Below are positions 9,903-19,541 of a stretch of 61,585 bases of DNA, one piece after another. Under the pieces are notes generated by a model. It searched no databases. It saw only the letters and a list, made by a program, of their open reading frames with translations, and had not been told where the DNA came from. Location of the stretch: contig JBBIUR010000020.1 in NCBI GenBank assembly GCA_037440145.1, positions 1 through 61,585 of the forward strand, given 5' to 3'. Source of the DNA: Myxococcales bacterium (GTDB lineage: Bacteria > Desulfobacterota > Binatia > HRBIN30 > BPIQ01). Within the stretch, counting starts at the first letter, position 1, and each line of letters opens with the position of its first letter. The translations under genes were made by a program, and so were the position numbers.

Positions 9903-9945
9903 GCGCGCCGCTCCGGCCTGCGGGCGCGATCGGGATCGGTCGAAG

Positions 9946-10881
9946 TCATGCGTCGAGCCGCAGGAACTCGATAGCGTTTTCTCTCAGGACCCGCCGCTTC
10001 GTCTCCTCGCGAATCGGCAGCTCCAGGAACTGCTGCAGGCAGGGTTCCAGGCCCAATCCGTTCGTTCCGAAGAGCACCTTGTCGCGGCCGCGCGAGCTGT
10101 CCATGAAGCGGACCTGCCGCTCGTCCAGTGAGCGCGGAAAGTACGCCGAGATATCGCCGTACACGTTAGGATGGCGCCAGAGCATCGAGCACCACTCGTC
10201 GATCCAGGGCCAGCCGGTATGCGAGAGGTTGATCCGGAGGTTGGGGAAGTCGATCGCGACGCAGTCGACGAGCATCGGGCGGCCGACGTCCGAGGGGAGT
10301 ACCTCCGCGGAATGCCCGACCTGCATCCCGACGGCAATCCCGAGCTCGTTGCACTTCGCGTACAGCGGGTAGCAGCGCCGGTCGTTGGGCGGGAGCCCGA
10401 ACGAGAGCGGGTGGAACCATACGTATTTGAACCCGTACTCCTTCACTCCGCGCTCGATCTCCCGCAAGCTCTCCTCGATGCGGAGGGGGTTGTAGCTCGC
10501 CGCGCCGATCAGCCGGCCTTTTCCCTCCGCCACCAGGCGCCCCACGTCGTCGACGGAGTAGTCGAGAATGAGCTTGTGGTGGTAGTAGTACGACCACATC
10601 TTGGTCGCGCAGATCACGATGCGGTCGTAGCCAAGGCGGTCCATGTCGGCGATCAGCTCGGCCACCGAACCGTGCCCGGCCAGCACCCGCGGCCGCCCTT
10701 CGCTGCCGGCCGCCCCCTTCTCCCCTTCGCGGGCCGCGTCGCGAGAGGAGCCGCGGAAGACGGTCTTGAACGTCGTCCGCTTCATGATCTTGAACTCTTC
10801 GTACTGGAACGGGTTCTGGCCCAGGTCGCGCTGGGCTTCGGGCGGATGGTTCATGATGTCGATGGCGCCGATTCGCTCCAT
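9946..10881 (-). CDS. amidohydrolase family 2 (metal-dependent hydrolase/decarboxylase-like)
   Basis: ATG 10881 (MERIGAIDIM) with GGAGG upstream; the 472-aa extended ORF is rejected. Motifs FHPLSFG, LSHTGWPWIDEW and VLFGTN. Confidence 0.7.
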   Translation of the reverse strand: MERIGAIDIMNHPPEAQRDLGQNPFQYEEFKIMKRTTFKTVFRGSSRDAAREGEKGAAGSEGRPRVLAGHGSVAELIADMDRLGYDRIVICATKMWSYYYHHKLILDYSVDDVGRLVAEGKGRLIGAASYNPLRIEESLREIERGVKEYGFKYVWFHPLSFGLPPNDRRCYPLYAKCNELGIAVGMQVGHSAEVLPSDVGRPMLVDCVAIDFPNLRINLSHTGWPWIDEWCSMLWRHPNVYGDISAYFPRSLDERQVRFMDSSRGRDKVLFGTNGLGLEPCLQQFLELPIREETKRRVLRENAIEFLRLDA

Positions 10882-10898
10882 GCTGTCCTTCCTCCCCT

Positions 10899-12059
10899 CT
10901 AGGTGCCTCGCGGCAAGCCGAGCACTTGTTCGGCGATGATGTTGCGCATGACCTCCGACGTGCCGCCGCCGATCGTGTACGCCCGCGCATCCAGGTACAG
11001 CCCCTGCCAGCGGCCGCGGTCGAGCGCCCGCGGGTTGCCCCGCCCGAGGTGGGCATAGACGCCCTCGATTTCCATGGCCACGTCCATCACGCGCTGGCGC
11101 AGCTCGGACGAGAAGAGCTTTCCGATCGCGGCGACGGGCCCCGGCGGCTCGCCGCGCAGTTGCTGCGTGAGGGTCCGGCAGCCCGTATACCGGAGGCTTT
11201 CCATTTCGATATAGACCTGCGCGAGCCGCTGGCGGGTGATCGGATCGCGGATGCGGCCGGTGGCGGCTGCGAGCCGCACGAGCCGCGCGATTTGCTGCTC
11301 CAGAGCGACCACGCCCGCGAGTCCGGAGCGCTCGAAAGAAAGCGTCGCCTTGGCGATCTTCCATCCCTGGTTCTTTTCCCCCACCAAATTCGCCTTCGGG
11401 ACGCGCACCCCGTCGAGGAACAGCTCGCAGAAGTGGCTCTTGCCCGTCATCTGGCGGATGGGCCGCACGTGCACGCCGGGCGACCGCATGTCGAGCAGCA
11501 AATAGCTGATCCCTTCGTGCTTGGGCGCGTCTGGATCACTGCGGGCGAGCAGGAAGCACCAGTCCGCAATCTGAGCGAGGCTGCTCCACACTTTTTGTCC
11601 CGTGACGACGAAGAAGTCGCCATCTTCGACCGCGCGCGTCCGCAGCGACGCCAGATCGGACCCCGCTCCCGGTTCCGAGAAGCCCTGGCACCAGATCTCC
11701 TCCGCCGTCAGGATTTTCGGCAGGAAGCGGCGTTTCTGCTCTTCGGTGCCGTAGACGATCAGGGCGGGGCCGATGATGTCGAGGCCGAGGGCGGTGATCA
11801 GCGGCGGCGCGCCCGCGCGGGCCAGCTCTTCGTTGAGGATCACCTGCCGCGTGAGCGAGGCGTCCTGCCCCCCGTAGGCGCGCGGCCACGCAATGCCCAC
11901 GAGCCCGGCTTCGTACATCTTGCGCTGCCACGCCTTCGCGTCGCTCAGTGCCTCCGCCCGATCCCTCGCCTTCCGGCGCGCCTCGGGCAAGTGCTCCCGG
12001 AGCCAGCGCCGCACATGCGCCCGGAATGCCTCGTCTTCAGGGCCGAAGGTCAGGTCCAT
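10899..12059 (-). CDS. acyl-CoA dehydrogenase
   Basis: Motifs CQGFSEPGAGSDLASLRTRAVEDGDFFVVTGQKVWSS and C-terminal GGGTSEVMRNIIAE. RBS GAGGAAAAGGGGA lies upstream of ATG 12059. Confidence 0.85.
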   Translation of the reverse strand: MDLTFGPEDEAFRAHVRRWLREHLPEARRKARDRAEALSDAKAWQRKMYEAGLVGIAWPRAYGGQDASLTRQVILNEELARAGAPPLITALGLDIIGPALIVYGTEEQKRRFLPKILTAEEIWCQGFSEPGAGSDLASLRTRAVEDGDFFVVTGQKVWSSLAQIADWCFLLARSDPDAPKHEGISYLLLDMRSPGVHVRPIRQMTGKSHFCELFLDGVRVPKANLVGEKNQGWKIAKATLSFERSGLAGVVALEQQIARLVRLAAATGRIRDPITRQRLAQVYIEMESLRYTGCRTLTQQLRGEPPGPVAAIGKLFSSELRQRVMDVAMEIEGVYAHLGRGNPRALDRGRWQGLYLDARAYTIGGGTSEVMRNIIAEQVLGLPRGT

Positions 12060-12087
12060 TGCCGCATCCCCTTTTCCTCTCTCTCGC

Positions 12088-14043
12088 TCAGAGCAGCCGG
12101 CCGACGTTGGCTCCGTGCTGCGTCGCCTCGGCCAGACCGCGCGGCGCGAAGGCCGAGCCCACTACGTAGAGTTCCGCCACCTTCCCGCGCAGGGCGCGGT
12201 AGAGGCGGTCGTCGGGCTGGCTCCCGAGCGAGAGAACGACGTGGTCGATCTCTTCCAGGCGGCGCTCCTCGCCGGTGTGGACGTCGTACACGATTACCGC
12301 GCGGCCGTCGATCGCGCGCACCCGCGTGGAGGGCCAGGTGCGAACTCCTTGCCGGTGGAGCCAGTAAAAGACGACCCCTTCTGTGTAGCGCTCGATGCGG
12401 CTGCCGAACAAGTGCCACTTGTGGGCGATCGCCACCTCTTTTCCCCGTGCCGCGAGGTAGTCCGCAATGCTGGGCGTTTCCATCCCGTCCTCTTCGGAGA
12501 CGACGAGGACGCGCGCACCGACCTCGGCGCGCCCCAGCAGCACGTCGCGCCCCTGCACCACGTTTGGCTGCTCGGCGCCGGGGACTGACAGCGGCCGCGG
12601 CTCCGATCCGGTGGCCACGACCACCGCATCCGGTGCGAGTTCCAAGACCAACTCCGGAGTGGCCTCGACTCCCATCCGCACGTCGACTCCGAGCCGCCGC
12701 ATCTGCACCTCTTGGTACCGGGGCAGATCCAGAAAGCCCTCGCGCCGCGGCGCGCGCGCCGCCGCCAGCAGTTGCCCTCCTAGCTCCGCGTTGCGCTCGA
12801 GCACGATGACCTCGTGCCCGCGCCCGGCGGCGACGCGCGCGGCCTCCAGGCCTGCGGGCCCGCCGCCGATCACGACCACCCGCTTTCGCTTTTTCGCGGG
12901 CTCGACGCGCGCCCAGGCGCGCTCGTGGCCGATGGTGGGATTGACCGCACACACGGGCGTCTTGCGCTCGCCGTGGATGACGCGGCCGATGCAGGTGTTG
13001 CAGCCGATGCACTTGCGGATCTCGTCGAGGCGCCCCTCCCGCGCCTTGCGCGGAAATTCCGGGTCCGCAATCGACGCCCGCGTCATGCCGATCAGGTCCG
13101 CTTGACCCTCGGCGAGCAAGCGCTCCGCGAGCACCGGGTCGTTGACCCTCCCGGCATAGAGCACGGGCACCGCCACCACCTGCCGGATCTCCGCTGCCGC
13201 GTAGGCGAAGGCCGCCAGGGGGTACTGCATGGGCGGCACGTAGCTCGGCATTCCCCAAGGCGCGCCGACGTCGACGCTCACGTAGTCGATCGGCACCGCG
13301 CTGCAGATCAAGCGCAGCATTTCCTTCATATCCTCGAGGGTGTACCCACCGTCCTTGTACTCGTCGGCGCACACCCGTAGCCCAACGTTGAGACTGCGCG
13401 GGACGCGGTCGCGGATGCGGCGCACCGCTTCGACGACGAAGCGGACGCGGTTTTCTGGACTTCCGCCCCAGCGGTCCGCGCGGCGGTTCGTGTAAGGGGA
13501 AAGGAACCACTGGGGCAGCGTCTCGTGCGCGCAGTGAATTTCCACGGCGTCGGCCCCGGCAGCGTGGAACTTTTCCGCCGCTTGCCAGTAGGTGTCGAGC
13601 ATGAACTCGATCTCCTCCTCGGTGAGTTCGTGGGGCACGTGGTCATAGAGCAGGCCGATCGGCACCGGAGAGGGTCCCATCAAGGACTGCAGGTGGGTGA
13701 GCTGCATCACGCAGACTGCGCCGCACCCGTGGATGGCGTCCGTGAACTCCTTCACCCGGGCGACGAAGTCCGGATGGTTGTAGATCGCGAAGCGGATGGC
13801 GGCCGCCCCAGGCGTGAATTCCTCCGGACGCCCGGGCGGCAGCGGCGTCGGCAACACCCACGTCTGGCTTCCGATCCAGCCGACGCCGCCGCGCGCTTTT
13901 TGCAGGTGGTGCTCGAGGAAGGGCTCGTCGGGCAGGCCGTCGAGACGCCCCGCGTTGATGGAATAGGTGGTCTCGGCGATGCGGTTGGGGACGGTCATCG
14001 TGCCAACCGTGATCGGGGTGAACAGGTACTGAAAGTCAGCCAC
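12088..14043 (-). CDS. 2,4-dienoyl-CoA reductase (FadH)-like protein: Old Yellow Enzyme domain, 4Fe-4S site and FAD/NAD(P) domain
   Basis: Candidate GTG 14043 preceded by GGAGG with an 8-nt spacer. Motifs HCAHETLPQWFLSPYTNRRADRWGGSPENRVRF (OYE), CIGCNTCIGRV...C (Fe-S) and VVVIGGGPAGLEAA (dinucleotide fold). No stop codon separates it from the upstream EtfB-like frame. Confidence 0.75.
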   Translation of the reverse strand: MADFQYLFTPITVGTMTVPNRIAETTYSINAGRLDGLPDEPFLEHHLQKARGGVGWIGSQTWVLPTPLPPGRPEEFTPGAAAIRFAIYNHPDFVARVKEFTDAIHGCGAVCVMQLTHLQSLMGPSPVPIGLLYDHVPHELTEEEIEFMLDTYWQAAEKFHAAGADAVEIHCAHETLPQWFLSPYTNRRADRWGGSPENRVRFVVEAVRRIRDRVPRSLNVGLRVCADEYKDGGYTLEDMKEMLRLICSAVPIDYVSVDVGAPWGMPSYVPPMQYPLAAFAYAAAEIRQVVAVPVLYAGRVNDPVLAERLLAEGQADLIGMTRASIADPEFPRKAREGRLDEIRKCIGCNTCIGRVIHGERKTPVCAVNPTIGHERAWARVEPAKKRKRVVVIGGGPAGLEAARVAAGRGHEVIVLERNAELGGQLLAAARAPRREGFLDLPRYQEVQMRRLGVDVRMGVEATPELVLELAPDAVVVATGSEPRPLSVPGAEQPNVVQGRDVLLGRAEVGARVLVVSEEDGMETPSIADYLAARGKEVAIAHKWHLFGSRIERYTEGVVFYWLHRQGVRTWPSTRVRAIDGRAVIVYDVHTGEERRLEEIDHVVLSLGSQPDDRLYRALRGKVAELYVVGSAFAPRGLAEATQHGANVGRLL

Positions 14044-14901
14044 GGTTCGGACCTCCGCTAGGACCCAGGAATCCCCGCTGTTCCAGGAAGCGCAGCTATA
14101 CCCCGCTACGGCGGACGGGTCGCCTACGAGGAAGCTGCTGCCCTGCTTGCGCTGCAAGCCGCCGCGCATCAGATAGGCCACGCGGTCGCGGGCCGAGAGC
14201 CGCGAATCGGGGGCAGCGACGCGCTTGGGCCGTGGTCTGGGCAGCTCGACCGCGAGCACCTTCCACGGGGACTCTCCCGCAGGTGCGCAGCTCGCCTCGT
14301 CCACCGCAGCAGCCGCGGCCCGCCGCAGCGCGCCCGCGGATACGTAGTGCGGCTCGGCGAGGGCGCTGTCCGCGCCCACCACGGCGGGAAGCCTGCAGCG
14401 CACGCGCTCGCGCCCACCGCGGTCCACGCGCCGCTCCGCTTCCAGCCACCCCGCGGCCGGTAGCCGCAGCTCGACTGCTCGAGTCACCAGCGGCCAATCC
14501 ATTTCTTCGGCGAGCCGCGCCGGGAAGAGGCCCGATCCGCCGTCCGCGCTGTACGTCCCGCACAGGACGAGGTCGGCGGGGTCGGCCGAGAGCAGCGCGG
14601 CAACGGCGTGCGCCGCAACCATGGGATCGAGAGGTTCGGGGCAGCGGATGTGAACAGCGCGGTGTGCGCCTGCCGCGAGGGCAAAGCGCAGCGCTGCCGG
14701 GGCCTCCGGCCCCCCGGCGCTGATCGCGGTCACGGCGCCCCCCAGCTCGCGGCAGAGCTGCAGGGCCTTTTCCAGCGCTGCCCGCTCGGCGGGCGGCACG
14801 CACGTGACCGGCCAGGGAGAGTCCTGCTCGATCCTGCCGTTCACGACGCGCAGAGGGACGCTGGGATCCAGGGTGTGCTTGACACAGACCGCGATCTTCA
14901 T
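14044..14901 (-). CDS. etfB: electron transfer flavoprotein beta-subunit-like protein that reads in frame into the FadH-like gene without its own stop codon
   Basis: ATG 14901; N-terminus MKIAVCVKHTLDP is typical of EtfB. About 286 codons precede the internal GGAGG-GTG of the next domain. The whole ORF 12088-14901 is continuous (937 aa). Confidence 0.65.
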
Positions 14902-14950
14902 CGGGCGCCCCCGCTTTCCCGTAAAGCCGCGCAGTGCGATTCGAGGCGGT

Positions 14951-16906
14951 TCACAGACATGCCTCCGCGAGCACCTCGGCCACGTCTCGAACGGTCACGC
15001 GCCCCTCGAGACCTCGTTCCGCCGGCACTGGAGCGAGCATGATCTTGCAAAACGGGCAGGCCGTGGCGATCCCCTCTGCGCCCGTCGCCCGCGCCTCCTC
15101 GAAGCGCAGATCGGGGATCCGCTGGCCCACTCGGATGTCCACGAGCACCTGCCCGCCGCCGCCGCCGCAGCACAGCGCGCGCGCTCCGCTGCGCGGCATC
15201 TCGCGCACCGAGCAACCCGGGACCGCTGCCAGCAGCGCGCGCGGTGCGTCTCCGAGGCCATGGTACCGAGTCAGATAGCAGGGATCGTGGAAGGTGAGCA
15301 CGCGCGCCGCGGGCCGTGCGGGTTGCAGCCTGCCCTCGGCCACCAGTTGCACCAGAAAAGCCGTGTGGTGGACGATTTCGATCTCTCCCAGCTCGTATTC
15401 GCGCCGGAAGGTGTTCAGACAGTGCGGGCAGTGCGTCACGATCCGCCGCGGGCGGTGCGAGAGGAGGGCGCGAGTGTTTGCCGCGGCCAGGTTCTGGAAG
15501 AGCCCTTCGTCGCCCACGCGGCGCGCAAAGTCCCCGCTGCAGCGCTCCCGGGAGCCGAGGACGCCAAAAGACACCCCCGCTTTGCGGAGCAGGCGCAGCG
15601 TCGCCTCGGCGACCCGGCGCGCTTGCTCGTCGCAGGCCGCCGCGCAGCCGATCCAGTAAATGGTTTCGCAGGCCTCGCCCTCGGAAAGGGGGGGCACGCC
15701 AAGCGCTTCCAGCCACTGCCCGCGCTCGCCCGGCGCGTTGCCCCAGAGGTTCCCCTTGCCCGCGAGGCTTTCCATTGCCCGCGCCGCAGCAGCGGGCACG
15801 TCGCCGCGCTCCACCAGATAGCGGCGCAAGTCGACGATGCGGTCGATGTGGTGGATCGCGACCGGGCACACTTCTTCGCACGCGCCACATGTCGTGCAGG
15901 ACCAGAGCTCGTCCGGATCCACCGCCGTGCCGACCAGCGCGGCGTCCGTGCCGTCGCCCGCTTCGCGCAGGTGCTGCAGGAGCCCCATGGGCGAGAGGGG
16001 CCTTTCGGCCAGGGTGGCGGGGCACACGGCGGAGCACCGGCCGCAGCCCGTGCAGGTGTCGAGATCGAGGAGTTGCTTCCAGCTAAAAGCTCCCAGCGTC
16101 CCGGCCGGCGGCAGCTCGGGCGCCGCGGGGCGCAGGCCGCCCAGCGGGCGGGCCCGCAGCAGGATGTTCGCCGGGGCAGCGAGGAGATGGAGCAGCTGGG
16201 AGAATGGGAGCGCGAGGAAAAAAGCCGCCACGGCGACGACATGCGCGGCCCACAGGGCCCGGTGGACCGCGCGCGGATCGGCGCTCCCTTCGAGCGCGGC
16301 GACCGCCAGGCCGAAGAGCCAGCCGCCGACCGATACTCGCTCGTGCGCGGGCCAGTGGTCAGCGGCGATTCGCGCGCCCTCGACCAGAAAGCCCGTGAGG
16401 CCCACGGCGTACAGGGCGAGGAGCGCAATGTTGTCGGCGCGCCGGCGGTAGGTCGGGGCGGCTCCGGGCTGTGGGGCCAACCGCCGGTACAGGAGGATCG
16501 AGAGGCCGGCCAGGAACAGAAGCCCGAAGAAATCCGCCGTAAACGCGAACAGCAGGTAGAAACGCCCGCGGAGCAGGGGCACACCGAGGTCGTGGTCGAT
16601 TGCGGTGAGCACCGTGGCGAGGAAGGCCACCAGGAAGCCCGAGACGACCATTTTGTGGGCGATGCCCGCCGCGCGGTCCGTGGAGCCGATCTGCCGCTGT
16701 GCGACAGCGCGTTGGGCGAAATCTCGCACCCGCTCCCGGAAGGGAAGTTGCTGTGTCTCGGGCTGGCCGCGCGCCCAGCGGCGCGCGCGTGCGGCGACGC
16801 GCAGCCCGGCAATGACCGCGGACCCTAGCGTCGCCGCGTACATGCCGGCCTGCAGCCACGGGGGGATGTTCCCCAGAATTTCCCGGCCCGCGGTCGCGGC
16901 GTTCAT
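14951..16906 (-). CDS. membrane-bound Fe-S oxidoreductase with CCG domains (HdrD/DsrK-like; resembles the ETF-associated EMO type)
   Basis: The N-terminal ~260 aa is hydrophobic with several predicted helices. Then CTGCGRCSAVCP and CTTCGACEEVCP (two 4Fe-4S motifs), then cysteine-rich CCG-type repeats (HCPHC, CCGGGG, CPFC). Its ATG 16906 overlaps the etfA TGA as ATGA. Confidence 0.75.
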   Translation of the reverse strand: MNAATAGREILGNIPPWLQAGMYAATLGSAVIAGLRVAARARRWARGQPETQQLPFRERVRDFAQRAVAQRQIGSTDRAAGIAHKMVVSGFLVAFLATVLTAIDHDLGVPLLRGRFYLLFAFTADFFGLLFLAGLSILLYRRLAPQPGAAPTYRRRADNIALLALYAVGLTGFLVEGARIAADHWPAHERVSVGGWLFGLAVAALEGSADPRAVHRALWAAHVVAVAAFFLALPFSQLLHLLAAPANILLRARPLGGLRPAAPELPPAGTLGAFSWKQLLDLDTCTGCGRCSAVCPATLAERPLSPMGLLQHLREAGDGTDAALVGTAVDPDELWSCTTCGACEEVCPVAIHHIDRIVDLRRYLVERGDVPAAAARAMESLAGKGNLWGNAPGERGQWLEALGVPPLSEGEACETIYWIGCAAACDEQARRVAEATLRLLRKAGVSFGVLGSRERCSGDFARRVGDEGLFQNLAAANTRALLSHRPRRIVTHCPHCLNTFRREYELGEIEIVHHTAFLVQLVAEGRLQPARPAARVLTFHDPCYLTRYHGLGDAPRALLAAVPGCSVREMPRSGARALCCGGGGGQVLVDIRVGQRIPDLRFEEARATGAEGIATACPFCKIMLAPVPAERGLEGRVTVRDVAEVLAEACL

Positions 16907-17895
16907 GCAGCCTGCCTCTGCGCGAGCTGGCGCAACAGCGCCGGCATGAGCTCGCGGAGATCCGCCACCACTTTCAGGTCAGCGAGTTTGAAGATCTCGG
17001 CATTCTTGTCCCGGTTGATCGCCACGATGCACTCCGACCCTCTCATCCCGAGGGTGTGGTGGCTGGCGCCGGAGATTCCCGCTGCAATGTACAAGCGCGG
17101 CGCGACGATCCGCCCCGTCTGACCCACCTGCCGCTCGAACGGCAGCCACTTCGCGTCGACCACGGGGCGCGAGGCGGCCAGCGCCGCTCCGAGGCGATCG
17201 GCAAGCTCTTGGTACAGCTCCAGCGCTTCGCGCGCGCCGACGCCGCGGCCCACCGCCACGATCCGCTCGGCTTCGGTGATGTCGATCGCGCGCGGGTCCG
17301 CGGGGATATGGGCGACGGATTCGACGCGGGCTGGGGCGCTTTCGAGGGGCGCCAATTCCTGCACCTCGACGGCACGGCGGGGTGCCGGCTTCCCGATGCC
17401 CGCCGCCCCGGGGTGCAGGGCCGCCAGCGCGGGCCGGGACTCGAGGCGCATGCGCGCGTAGAGCTTGCCGCCGTAAATCAACCGCGCGGCCTCCACAGTG
17501 CCGTCGGGTCCGAAGCGCACCCAGTTGCAATCGGAGGCGAGCGCCAGGCGGCAGCGGGCCGCAAGCCGGCAAGCAATCTCGCGCCCCAGCGCGGTCGCTG
17601 CGAACAGCAGCAGGCGGGGCGGCTCTGGGTCGAGGGCGCGCTCGAGCACGGCCGCGCAGCGCTCTGCGGAGCGCGCGTGCGCCTCCGAACCCCGGGCGAG
17701 GAGCAGGCGATCCGCGCCGTACTGGCGCGCCGCTTCGACCACGCCCTCGGGGGCGGGCCCGAAGGCGACGAGCGCGACGCGCCCGCCCGGCCCATCGGCC
17801 AGCTCTCGCGCGTCGCACAGTGCCTCGAGGCTCGCGGCGGCGAGCTTCCCGCCGTCGATCTCGCCGACCACCCAGATGTCGTTCCCTTCCGGCAC
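16903..17895 (-). CDS. etfA: electron transfer flavoprotein alpha subunit
   Basis: C-terminal FAD signature PRLYIAAGISGASHHTLGMRGSECIVAINRDKNAEIF. Start GTG 17895 has no clear RBS; the internal GTG at WVVGE is an alternative. Confidence 0.8.
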   Translation of the reverse strand: MPEGNDIWVVGEIDGGKLAAASLEALCDARELADGPGGRVALVAFGPAPEGVVEAARQYGADRLLLARGSEAHARSAERCAAVLERALDPEPPRLLLFAATALGREIACRLAARCRLALASDCNWVRFGPDGTVEAARLIYGGKLYARMRLESRPALAALHPGAAGIGKPAPRRAVEVQELAPLESAPARVESVAHIPADPRAIDITEAERIVAVGRGVGAREALELYQELADRLGAALAASRPVVDAKWLPFERQVGQTGRIVAPRLYIAAGISGASHHTLGMRGSECIVAINRDKNAEIFKLADLKVVADLRELMPALLRQLAQRQAA

Positions 17896-17923
17896 GGCCC
17901 TGCAACCGGGATTGCCGGCGGCC

Positions 17924-18475
17924 CTACGGCCGCCGCACCCCGACGTTCACCCAGCTGATCATCTTCAGGGGGCGCAGTCGGATGGCTACGCGGTTGGGCG
18001 TGAACAGGAGCCGGTGCATCGTGCGCTGGGCAGCTTCATCGGAGTAGTAGCGCCGCGCGTGCTCCCAGCATACCTGCTCGATGGTGTTCCGGTCCTCCAC
18101 GATCTCCGCGTGCGCTTTAATGCACACGCCGCCCCCGAAGGGCAATTTCAGCCCGGTGGTCGAAAGGCACACCGAGCAGCGCGGATCGCGGCGGTAGGCC
18201 CGCTCCTTGGCGCGCCCGCGAACCGTCGTCGTCCAGATCTCGCCATCGCGCACGCAGTACAGGTGCACCGTGACGATGGGAAACCCGTCCCGCGTGAGGT
18301 GCGAGATGAACATCTCGCGCCCCGCCGCGATCAGTTGCTCGATCTGTTCGGGCGAGAGCTGCGTCTCGCCCTTCGGCTTCGCGGGATCTCCCCACTTGTC
18401 GACAAGCTCCGGATCGAGGGTCTGGAGCCGCTCGGTGTGGATGTATGCCTTCTTTTCCGTGCTCTCCTCGGCCAT
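17924..18475 (-). CDS. pyridoxamine 5'-phosphate oxidase family / flavin- or F420-binding split-barrel protein
   Basis: ATG 18475 with GGGAGGAAA upstream. The segment FISHLTRDGFPIVTVHLYCVRDGEIWTTT...RAKERAYRRDPRCSVC looks like the PNPOx-like fold; the call is from general resemblance only. Confidence 0.5.
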   Translation of the reverse strand: MAEESTEKKAYIHTERLQTLDPELVDKWGDPAKPKGETQLSPEQIEQLIAAGREMFISHLTRDGFPIVTVHLYCVRDGEIWTTTVRGRAKERAYRRDPRCSVCLSTTGLKLPFGGGVCIKAHAEIVEDRNTIEQVCWEHARRYYSDEAAQRTMHRLLFTPNRVAIRLRPLKMISWVNVGVRRP

Positions 18476-18487
18476 CGGCTTTCCTCC

Positions 18488-19519
18488 CTAGGGGTTATTC
18501 GTCGCCCGCCGGTCAGCGGAGCGCTTGCGAAAGGCCGGCAGGACCTCGCGCGCGAACAGTTCCTTCTGGCCCGTGGCGACGAACATGGCCTCGACGCCCA
18601 GGCGCTCGTAGCGCTCGATCTCGGCGGCGACCATCTCGGGCGTGCCCGCGAAGATGCTCTCGACGAACTGCGCGTAGAGCGGGTGGGTTCGCGGCGGGTT
18701 GTAGAGGTGGCGCCCCGCTTCGTCGACCAGGTAGCCGAACCCGAGAATGTGCTCGTCGTAGAACGCGTGCAGCACTTTCTCCCGGAGCGCGAGCGCCTGC
18801 TCGCGAGTGGCGGCAATGCAGAAGTCTTTGAACACCGCCACGCGCAAGCGCTCGGGCGGAATTCCGGCCTCGCGCCCCGCGTCCCGGTACGCCTGCACAC
18901 ACTCGGCGGCCCGCTCGTAGGTACAGGTCGCGAGCCAATAGGGTAGCCCGGCCGAGCCGGCGCGCTGGGCGGCGCGCTTCGTGTTCCCCCCGCAAAACCA
19001 TAGCGGCGGGTGGGGCTTCTGCACCGGGCGCGGCCACACCGCGGCGTTCTCGAAGCAGTAGTGCTCGCCGCGGAATGTGAACCGCTCCTGGCTGAGGGCG
19101 AGGCGCAAGAGCTCGATCATCTCGACCAGGCGCTTGCCGCGCGTTTTCTTCTCGCTCGCCAGCCCGTCGAACTCCAGCGGGCGGTATCCCATCCCCAGCC
19201 CCAGGATCAGGCGGCCGCCGGACAGGCGGTCGAGCGTGGCTGCGTCCTCCGCGATCCGCAGCGGATCGTAGAGCGGGAGCAGCAGTGCCCCGGTGACGAG
19301 CTTGATGCGCCGCGTGCTCAGCGCGAGCCCGGCGAGCGCCACGAGCGGCGCGGGGCAGAAGCCGTCGTACGTGAAATGGTGCTCCGAGGCGCTGAACGCG
19401 TCGAAGCCCATTTCCTCGAGCGCCTGGGCGCTGTCAACCAGTTGCGCGTAGTCGAGCGCCAGGCTCCGCGGCGCCGCCCGCGATTTCGCAAGCCCGCCGA
19501 TGCCGCTCCAGAACTCCAT
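18488..19519 (-). CDS. LLM-class flavin/F420-dependent oxidoreductase
   Basis: ATG 19519 (MEFWSG); the extended 400-aa ORF is rejected. Motifs SASEHHF, LSGGRLILGLGMGY and PVQKPHPPLW. Confidence 0.75.
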   Translation of the reverse strand: MEFWSGIGGLAKSRAAPRSLALDYAQLVDSAQALEEMGFDAFSASEHHFTYDGFCPAPLVALAGLALSTRRIKLVTGALLLPLYDPLRIAEDAATLDRLSGGRLILGLGMGYRPLEFDGLASEKKTRGKRLVEMIELLRLALSQERFTFRGEHYCFENAAVWPRPVQKPHPPLWFCGGNTKRAAQRAGSAGLPYWLATCTYERAAECVQAYRDAGREAGIPPERLRVAVFKDFCIAATREQALALREKVLHAFYDEHILGFGYLVDEAGRHLYNPPRTHPLYAQFVESIFAGTPEMVAAEIERYERLGVEAMFVATGQKELFAREVLPAFRKRSADRRATNNP

Positions 19520-19541
19520 CGCTTTCTCCCGCCCACTTTCG

